Positions 7,029 to 12,428 of a DNA stretch of 12,479 nt are shown here, piece by piece. The translations under genes and the position numbers were made by a program. The stretch lies in IMG/VR virus record IMGVR_UViG_3300034160_000140. One strand, written 5' to 3'. The stretch comes from a virus (Duplodnaviria; Heunggongvirae; Uroviricota; Caudoviricetes). The notes under the pieces are model-generated. The model saw nothing but the letters and a program-made list of their open reading frames with translations. It was not told where the DNA came from and ran no database searches. The stretch's first letter is position 1. Each line of letters begins with the position of its first letter.

Positions 7029-7071
7029 TTTTAATGAAGTTAGAACTTCATAATAACTATAAGGTATAGCG

Positions 7072-7746
7072 ATGAATACAAAAAAAATAAATAAGATGTC
7101 TGGTGGTGTTTCTTTGCTTGAACCACTTATGGTGATTGCTCTCTTTGCAATGATGATTATTATGGCAATAATTTACTACAGTGCTTCAACTAAAAGGTTT
7201 AATCCAGATTTTATGGATATTGTAAGTTTTGCTAATAATTTAAACTCGTTACAATCAGATAAAGAAGTCATTACTTTAAAGTATAATGAAATAACGCCTT
7301 TTCAAAAAGATTTGTTTAGTAAAATAGATTGTGTTAATTCCATATGTAAGCCTATTGACTTACAAAAATATCCGCCTAACACTTATTTAAGAATTTATTA
7401 TAAAGATTCCAAGTTTGATTCTTTTTATCTGTACACAAAAAACAACAGTTCTATTTTTAACTTTAATACAACAGTTTATAATGATTGGGTTTCAAACATC
7501 TCTTTTGATCGATTTAAAGAAGAAGAAATTACTTTGATTAAACGAGAGAAAAAGAGATACCCAGATATGAATCCTTTTATTACTTATTTATCAAATACAT
7601 TTGATAATGTCTCTATTTATAATATCTCTGATAATGATCAATCTGTTGTTAAAGATGATAATTGTCCAGAAGCAAACTGCACCAGTGTGTTAGCGTATAA
7701 AAACAATCCAATCGTACAACTTGCAGACAACAAAAAAGCCCTTTGA
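7072..7746 (+). CDS. Type IV pilin-like protein with canonical class III (prepilin) signal, paralogue 3
   Basis: Basic leader MNTKKINKMSGG|VSLLE with Glu at +5, then hydrophobic helix; IDCVNSIC and NCPEANCTSVL Cys pairs align with paralogues. Confidence 0.7.
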   Translation: MNTKKINKMSGGVSLLEPLMVIALFAMMIIMAIIYYSASTKRFNPDFMDIVSFANNLNSLQSDKEVITLKYNEITPFQKDLFSKIDCVNSICKPIDLQKYPPNTYLRIYYKDSKFDSFYLYTKNNSSIFNFNTTVYNDWVSNISFDRFKEEEITLIKREKKRYPDMNPFITYLSNTFDNVSIYNISDNDQSVVKDDNCPEANCTSVLAYKNNPIVQLADNKKAL

Positions 7747-7754
7747 GGGCTTTT
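7734..7754. terminator. Bidirectional terminator between convergent genes, overlapping the stop of 7072-7746
   Basis: AAAAGCCCT-TTG-AGGGCTTTT. Confidence 0.8.
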
Positions 7755-7775
7755 ATTCATTCATTTCCGAAGCGA

Positions 7776-8387
7776 TCAAAGCTTCCCGGTATATTTCAAC
7801 AACAACGTGCTCCTAATCCCCAGAATAGCCTCATTACAAGCAATCTGACCTATTTCAATCATGTGCATGGCTTCTTCACTGGTAAACACACCAACTTCGA
7901 TATCTTCGTCATCAATCCCATAGGCTTTTGACTGGTCGATGTCACTGGCACTGAACGCACACAGAAAGTGGTGATGTTTTTCACTCGATGAGCCAGCACT
8001 GGTATACCCGGAGCCTAGATCGATCAAATTGCTTTCGTTGACAATCACACCCGCTTCTTCGTTGGCTTCTTTGGCTGCAGTTTGTCGAGGTGTTTCTCTG
8101 ATATCATTCTTGATGTCAATATGACCAGCTACCACACTCCAGAGATATGGGTTGGTATCATATTCGTTCACAGCAGCACCCGGCCTGAACTGACGGATTA
8201 ACAGGAATGAATCTTTATCCTTATCATACAGCGTTAGGCAGACAGCATCGGCCTTTTTGACGATCAGGAAATTCAACTCACCACGATCACCTTTGAACTT
8301 TTCAAATTCAAAATGGCGAAATCCCACTTGCATGAAGGGATAATTGATTTCAATCTTTTCGTTCAGTAATTTATAGGGTCTGTTCAT
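7776..8387 (-). CDS. Nudix hydrolase, NudF/NudK-like (ADP-ribose / NDP-sugar pyrophosphatase family)
   Basis: LLIRQFR, Nudix box AG..ETPRQTAAKEANEEAGV, SAGSSSE, IDDEDIEV; GGAG SD 6 nt before ATG at 8387. Confidence 0.85.
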   Translation of the reverse strand: MNRPYKLLNEKIEINYPFMQVGFRHFEFEKFKGDRGELNFLIVKKADAVCLTLYDKDKDSFLLIRQFRPGAAVNEYDTNPYLWSVVAGHIDIKNDIRETPRQTAAKEANEEAGVIVNESNLIDLGSGYTSAGSSSEKHHHFLCAFSASDIDQSKAYGIDDEDIEVGVFTSEEAMHMIEIGQIACNEAILGIRSTLLLKYTGKL

Positions 8388-8469
8388 GTTCGTCTCCATT
8401 TCTTGCAATATTAACACAATATTAGTCGAAAATACATGAGTTATTTTAGTTATTTTACAAAAAAAATGT

Positions 8470-8498
8470 TTGAATGACGGCCTTGTTTTTGATAAAAT
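8470..8498 (+). promoter_or_regulatory. sigma70-type promoter, extended -10
   Basis: TTGAAT - 17 bp - TAAAAT (8493-8498), TG at 8490-8491. Confidence 0.8.
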
Positions 8499-8527
8499 AC
8501 ACACACATTCAAAGAACGAGGCACATC

Positions 8528-8788
8528 ATGTCATTTTCCAAAGAATACACCGAAGCTGAATTGAAATGGGCTGACCAGTACAAAGGTGCTGTCATCCAAA
8601 ACATCAAATACAGTGCTCCCAAGCACGCCCCGACCAATTTTCACTACTATGCCGAAATTCGTTTGGCAAATGGCGAACTGATGTTGGCTGCAACCTTGGA
8701 TATGTGTGTTGAACGTCTTCAAGTTGTGGCTGAATGCCTCGCTTACTGGAAACACTTTTCGGAAGTGATTGATATTATCACTCCATAA
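8528..8788 (+). CDS. Hypothetical protein (86 aa)
   Basis: GAGG SD before ATG 8528; terminator follows. Confidence 0.8.
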   Translation: MSFSKEYTEAELKWADQYKGAVIQNIKYSAPKHAPTNFHYYAEIRLANGELMLAATLDMCVERLQVVAECLAYWKHFSEVIDIITP

Positions 8789-8816
8789 ACTACCCAGTTA
8801 ATCAAACAAACTCATT

Positions 8817-8840
8817 AAGCAGCTTCGGCTGCTTTTTTTT
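8817..8840 (+). terminator. Intrinsic terminator
   Basis: AAGCAGC-TTCG-GCTGCTT plus T-run to 8840. Confidence 0.9.
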
Positions 8841-8860
8841 GTTTTTTTTATTCTATAATC

Positions 8861-8889
8861 TTGTTTTTTATGGCAGTTTTTGGTAAAAT
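8861..8889 (+). promoter_or_regulatory. sigma70-type promoter, extended -10
   Basis: TTGTTT - 17 bp - TAAAAT (8884-8889), TG at 8881-8882. Confidence 0.7.
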
Positions 8890-8923
8890 ATACCCATCAT
8901 AAAGACGAAGAAAGGTCATTATC

Positions 8924-9298
8924 ATGAGCATTACTTACAAGACGGCTGCAGGTAAAGCACAAATCATCGAATTTTGCCAGATTGCGAAAACCCATCGCTT
9001 GTGCATTCCGGGTTGGAACCTTATTTGTGATTTGAACTCGGTTGTTAATGGCTACACCGACCCAGTTGAAGTCGAAATCAGCCTTGCTTATGATGGTGAC
9101 AAACCCATTGCCATCGCTTTGAAACATCACAAAGTGCTTCAATGTTTTGTTCGGGCCGCTTACCGCCGTAAAGGTGTCGGTTCGGAAGTCATTAAGCCTC
9201 ATATGGATAAACAGGTCAGAACCCTTTCAGGAACTGCTCACAGTAAGTCTTTTTGGCGAAAAAATGGAGTTGGTGTTGCTTATCAACCTATGGTATAA
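8924..9298 (+). CDS. GNAT-like acetyltransferase
   Basis: LQCFVRAAYRRKGVGSEVIK resembles GNAT motif A (acetyl-CoA binding R/Q-x-x-G-x-G); FWRKNG resembles motif B. Confidence 0.7.
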   Translation: MSITYKTAAGKAQIIEFCQIAKTHRLCIPGWNLICDLNSVVNGYTDPVEVEISLAYDGDKPIAIALKHHKVLQCFVRAAYRRKGVGSEVIKPHMDKQVRTLSGTAHSKSFWRKNGVGVAYQPMV

Positions 9299-9299
9299 T
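9291..9299 (+). promoter_or_regulatory. Extended -10 element overlapping the GNAT stop codon
   Basis: TGGTATAAT; no good -35; 9290-9303 identical to 10650-10663. Confidence 0.5.
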
Positions 9300-9338
9300 T
9301 ACCACCTACACTCATAGATAATACAAGGAAACAACTAC

Positions 9339-9530
9339 ATGATTTTTTACCTTGCACGCTTGATTATCCTCGCTGTTTTCATGTTCATTATTTCCATGTT
9401 TGGCTTGGCTGGATATGGCGTCTACAAGGCCAGTAATGGACTAGACTTCAATCACGGCCTCTCTGGGGTTGTTCATCATGTTTGGACAGGTAAACCACTT
9501 CCTGCCGATGAGATTACAGAGAATAAATAA
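9339..9530 (+). CDS. Small membrane protein
   Basis: AAGGA SD; N-terminal hydrophobic stretch of about 25 aa. Confidence 0.75.
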   Translation: MIFYLARLIILAVFMFIISMFGLAGYGVYKASNGLDFNHGLSGVVHHVWTGKPLPADEITENK

Positions 9531-9555
9531 AACCACTTTGTAAAAAATAAATAAA

Positions 9556-9577
9556 GACCGTCCTAGTGGCGGTTTTT
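9556..9577 (+). terminator. Intrinsic terminator
   Basis: GACCGTC-CTAGT-GGCGGTT (two G.U pairs) plus T-run. Confidence 0.7.
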
Positions 9578-9578
9578 G

Positions 9579-9607
9579 TTGTTATAAATAGGTTAACGTG
9601 GTATAAT
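9579..9607 (+). promoter_or_regulatory. sigma70-type promoter, extended -10
   Basis: TTGTTA - 17 bp - TATAAT (9602-9607), TG at 9599-9600. Confidence 0.8.
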
Positions 9608-9620
9608 TATCACTTAATCA

Positions 9621-10028
9621 ATGAGTGAGATCACTTTAATGACCATCAAATGTTTGGAGCTTTGTAGTTGGATGCACCCACATAAGCGTGGATTTGCAGA
9701 CACTATCCGACTGGGGCCATATACTGAAATCGAACCTAAACTGAATGTGCATGGTTGGTTTCTGCAGGGTGAAGAATGCTGGTTTGAAGTTGATGGTAAA
9801 GCCTATTCTTGCCCGCGTGATATGTTTGACTACAACATGAACATTTTGAATGCCCGTGAACTCTCTACATTGGAAGTCAATGCTCTCCAACAGATTGTTG
9901 AAGCTAAACTGGCGACCCCTGAACAACAGAAAATGTATGGGTTTCATCGACTTCATGGCAATAAATTCAACCCGCATACGGCTCGCCGTAAAAAACTTTT
10001 TAAAGACATGCGTAAAAAAATCAAATAA
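9621..10028 (+). CDS. Hypothetical protein with basic C-terminal tail
   Basis: 135 aa ORF between promoter and terminator; no clear SD, start uncertain. Confidence 0.75.
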   Translation: MSEITLMTIKCLELCSWMHPHKRGFADTIRLGPYTEIEPKLNVHGWFLQGEECWFEVDGKAYSCPRDMFDYNMNILNARELSTLEVNALQQIVEAKLATPEQQKMYGFHRLHGNKFNPHTARRKKLFKDMRKKIK

Positions 10029-10047
10029 GCACCAAATAATCACTATA

Positions 10048-10071
10048 AAAGGGCTTCGGCCCTTTCTTTTT
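10048..10071 (+). terminator. Intrinsic terminator
   Basis: AAAGGGC-TTCG-GCCCTTT then CTTTTT. Confidence 0.85.
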
Positions 10072-10082
10072 GCTTGTGTGTT

Positions 10083-10091
10083 TGTTATAAT
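10083..10091 (+). promoter_or_regulatory. Extended -10 promoter
   Basis: TGTTATAAT; weak -35. Confidence 0.6.
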
Positions 10092-10118
10092 AAAGTCCTA
10101 TATTCAGAGATTGTTCTC

Positions 10119-10598
10119 ATGAAAAAACCATTTTGGAAATCCTATTTCAGCGAACTGAAAACCATGTTCAGGCAGAACGTTTTGTTTATGTCGATACTGC
10201 TTGCTGTAGTCGTTACATCTCCGATTGGATACTCTTTCATGAGTTGGTATTCAACAGAAGTTCCGGCGACTCTCGTTGTTCATGATCCTGTTGCTTATCC
10301 CCACAAATATAAACAAAAAGTGGAATATCGGTACTACGCTACTTTTTACTTTCCAGACATACAAGCCAATAAAACAATTTCTGTTGCTGAACGAACGCAT
10401 TTTCATGCACAGGCTGGTGATGTTTATTTGTTCTCTCGCAGTGATAAACTTCAAACTGGCCCCTACAACATCTATTCGTTTATAGCATTAATTCAATGTA
10501 TTATTGCATTTATGTTTGTCTGCGGATTGATTTGGTCTTTCTTTGAATTTACCAACACTTATTTCAGTGTTAAAAAGAAAGAAAGCACCTATCCATAA
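10119..10598 (+). CDS. Two-TM membrane protein with beta-rich central domain
   Basis: ATG 10119 lies downstream of the -10 box (track start 10074 does not); hydrophobic segments near both ends. Confidence 0.8.
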   Translation: MKKPFWKSYFSELKTMFRQNVLFMSILLAVVVTSPIGYSFMSWYSTEVPATLVVHDPVAYPHKYKQKVEYRYYATFYFPDIQANKTISVAERTHFHAQAGDVYLFSRSDKLQTGPYNIYSFIALIQCIIAFMFVCGLIWSFFEFTNTYFSVKKKESTYP

Positions 10599-10630
10599 AC
10601 CAATTAAAATGTGATTTTTGTAGAAATCCA

Positions 10631-10659
10631 TTGCAGGTCATCGTTCAGAATGGTATAAT
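10631..10659 (+). promoter_or_regulatory. sigma70-type promoter, extended -10
   Basis: TTGCAG - 17 bp - TATAAT (10654-10659), TG at 10651-10652. Confidence 0.85.
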
Positions 10660-10687
10660 TACCCCATCAAGAGAAAAGGGGTTACAT

Positions 10688-10948
10688 ATGAACAAATTCA
10701 TTATCGCCGTTGTTCTTTGCTTGTTCACTACCTTGGCTTCCGCTAGTGAACCAGTTCGGATTAAATATAATGGCAGTCGTGGTTGGGATGTTTCTTCCCC
10801 TATGTATCGTTCAACCACCAGTCAGGCAAAATCGAAGGTTCGTTACTACGAAAACCTTCCTAAAAAACAAGTAAAACAAGCTTTCCGTGACATGGACAGA
10901 AAAATAAATACCAGTATTAATAAAAGCCTTAAAAAGATGTTTCGCTGA
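10688..10948 (+). CDS. Small secreted basic protein (Sec signal peptide)
   Basis: AAGGGG SD; MNKFIIAVVLCLFTTLASA|SEP signal; Lys/Arg-rich mature part. Confidence 0.8.
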   Translation: MNKFIIAVVLCLFTTLASASEPVRIKYNGSRGWDVSSPMYRSTTSQAKSKVRYYENLPKKQVKQAFRDMDRKINTSINKSLKKMFR

Positions 10949-10958
10949 CAGGCGGGTG

Positions 10959-10987
10959 TTGAATGTAAGTTGGTTGTTGTGTAAACT
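10959..10987 (+). promoter_or_regulatory. sigma70-type promoter
   Basis: TTGAAT - 17 bp - TAAACT. Confidence 0.65.
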
Positions 10988-11015
10988 ATGAATATAACCC
11001 AAGAGGATTCAAATC

Positions 11016-11135
11016 ATGAAAAATGAACTTGTTTCACTGGTTGTTTCTGCAAGTTGCATTCCATTCATCCTTCCAGCTTACATCGGATACCACATGTTCT
11101 TTGCTCGAAATGATAAAGCACCAGTAAAACGCTAA
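11016..11135 (+). CDS. 39-aa hydrophobic microprotein (absent from the ORF track)
   Basis: GAGGA SD at 11003-11007, ATG 11016, TAA 11133-11135; MKNELVSLVVSASCIPFILPAYIGYHMFFARNDKAPVKR; own promoter and terminator. Confidence 0.7.
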   Translation: MKNELVSLVVSASCIPFILPAYIGYHMFFARNDKAPVKR

Positions 11136-11151
11136 GTCTCAACGGTAGATT

Positions 11152-11185
11152 AAAAAAGCCTAGATTAAAGAATTTAGGCTTTTTT
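11152..11185 (+). terminator. Intrinsic terminator (potentially bidirectional)
   Basis: AAAAAAGCCTAGATT-AAAG-AATTTAGGCTTTTTT (one G.U). Confidence 0.85.
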
Positions 11186-11654
11186 ATTTAAAATGAATAC
11201 AATGTTCGTTTTTTGTTGTATAATAAGCCATAACTTTCTTATTGTAGGTAATTGTCATGAGCACAGCACTTAAAATAGGCATTACTTTCGGCATTATCCT
11301 TATTCTTTTGTGCTTTACGATGCTGTTTCAAATATTTTCAGGCTCCTATCAGACCTACACCACGTCTGCCAGTCGAGTAGAAATTCTGAAATATGAACAG
11401 AGTGATAAAAGCGGGATCACTCGAGTTTTGTTGAAAAACCAAAATTCTGATGATTATTTCTTTGCTTCTGTTCCTGATAGTTGCAAATTTCTACCTATAA
11501 ATTCTGTGGTTGATGTGACGGTTCAACGCCATGTTACACAGCTTTTGTGGTTTATTAACACTTACTCCATTCGCCTTGTTGAAGGTGATGTTTGCCAAAA
11601 ATAGAACTCAAGACACTATAAAATAAGCCTATATTTCAAAATTTAGGTTTTTTT
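11156..11654 (+). repeat. 30-bp imperfect direct repeat (25/30) at 11156-11185 and 11625-11654 flanking one gene
   Basis: AAGCCTAGATTAAAGAATTTAGGCTTTTTT vs AAGCCTATATTTCAAAATTTAGGTTTTTTT. Confidence 0.8.
11257..11604 (+). CDS. Single-pass membrane hypothetical protein
   Basis: GTAGG SD-like; TATAAT at 11219-11224; N-terminal TM then beta-rich domain with two Cys. Confidence 0.8.
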   Translation: MSTALKIGITFGIILILLCFTMLFQIFSGSYQTYTTSASRVEILKYEQSDKSGITRVLLKNQNSDDYFFASVPDSCKFLPINSVVDVTVQRHVTQLLWFINTYSIRLVEGDVCQK

Positions 11655-11656
11655 TT
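11625..11656 (+). terminator. Intrinsic terminator, degenerate relative of 11152-11185
   Basis: AAGCCTA...TAGGTTT plus long T-run; 25/30 identical to 11156-11185. Confidence 0.65.
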
Positions 11657-11666
11657 GTTTCAATTA

Positions 11667-11675
11667 TGCTATAAT
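11667..11675 (+). promoter_or_regulatory. Extended -10 promoter
   Basis: TGCTATAAT; no good -35. Confidence 0.55.
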
Positions 11676-11705
11676 AGCTTATTGAAATTACTAGGCTACA
11701 AGAAC

Positions 11706-12320
11706 ATGAATGACGACAATATGTTGGAACTTGTTCACCCTCCTTATGTTTCCTATTTGGAAGCTGTCAAGAAAAACAAACTGGCTGATTTGACCATTCT
11801 CAATAGTTTGTGTTCCGACAATTTTGTTTATAATTTCCGTCAAAATTCCTTATTTCATAGAGAATGTCAGAAAGCGGGTGTTTATTCACTCGTTACGAAA
11901 ACACTGGTTGAGAACCTTGCTGAACTTCTTAAAGGTAAATGTTGCCTTGAAGTTATGGCCGGTAGTGGTCGTTTAGCTCACCACTTGAATCAAGCGGGTG
12001 TGTCTGTTTTGGCAACCGATGACAATTCTTGGTCACTTAATGACCTTGAAGTAACGCAGATGTCAGGTTTAGACGCTGTTCGTCAATATTATGACCAGAT
12101 GGACGTTCTCATTCTCTGTTGGCCTCCTATGAACAGTGCCGCTTTCGAGATCATCAAGGCTTGGGGCACTGAAAAGCCTATTCTGGTGGGTGGTGAAATC
12201 GGTGGCTGTTGTGCAGATGAATTGTTCGATATTCACTTTAAAGGTGACTTTCTTGATGTGGGTAGCGTCTCATTTTCAGGCATACACGATTCATTCCAGT
12301 GGGGATACTTTAAACCATAA
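11706..12320 (+). CDS. Class I SAM-dependent methyltransferase, substrate unknown
   Basis: Motif I LEVMAGSGRLA, acidic VLATDD, DVLILCWPP, GGEIGGCCADE; start 11706 or 11721 (track TTG 11655 precedes the -10 box). Confidence 0.8.
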   Translation: MNDDNMLELVHPPYVSYLEAVKKNKLADLTILNSLCSDNFVYNFRQNSLFHRECQKAGVYSLVTKTLVENLAELLKGKCCLEVMAGSGRLAHHLNQAGVSVLATDDNSWSLNDLEVTQMSGLDAVRQYYDQMDVLILCWPPMNSAAFEIIKAWGTEKPILVGGEIGGCCADELFDIHFKGDFLDVGSVSFSGIHDSFQWGYFKP

Positions 12321-12371
12321 CTTTGGCTATTAAAACTAAGTTTTATATGATATTTAGTTCTTTATCTTGGG

Positions 12372-12400
12372 TTGACCTTCAAGATCGATAGCATTATAAT
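12372..12400 (+). promoter_or_regulatory. Near-consensus sigma70 promoter
   Basis: TTGACC - 17 bp - TATAAT (12395-12400). Confidence 0.85.
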
Positions 12401-12428
12401 ATCGACACTTTGAAGGAGATAGTAAGTT

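Noticed and set aside
9636-10043. 135-aa minus-strand ORF the same length as its sense partner
   Set aside because: In-register antisense frame; the promoter and terminator polarity supports the plus strand
10661-10682. ACCCC/GGGGT stem that could mask the SD of 10688
   Set aside because: Only 5 bp, and the left arm lies mostly upstream of the expected start site
4064-11002. Remaining overlapping track ORFs in this span (4064, 5273, 5410, 6318, 7743, 8531, 8897, 9850, 10251, 10276, 10811)
   Set aside because: Alternative-frame or antisense overlaps of better-supported genes
12136-12333. 65-aa alternative-frame ORF
   Set aside because: Lies inside the methyltransferase gene in another frame
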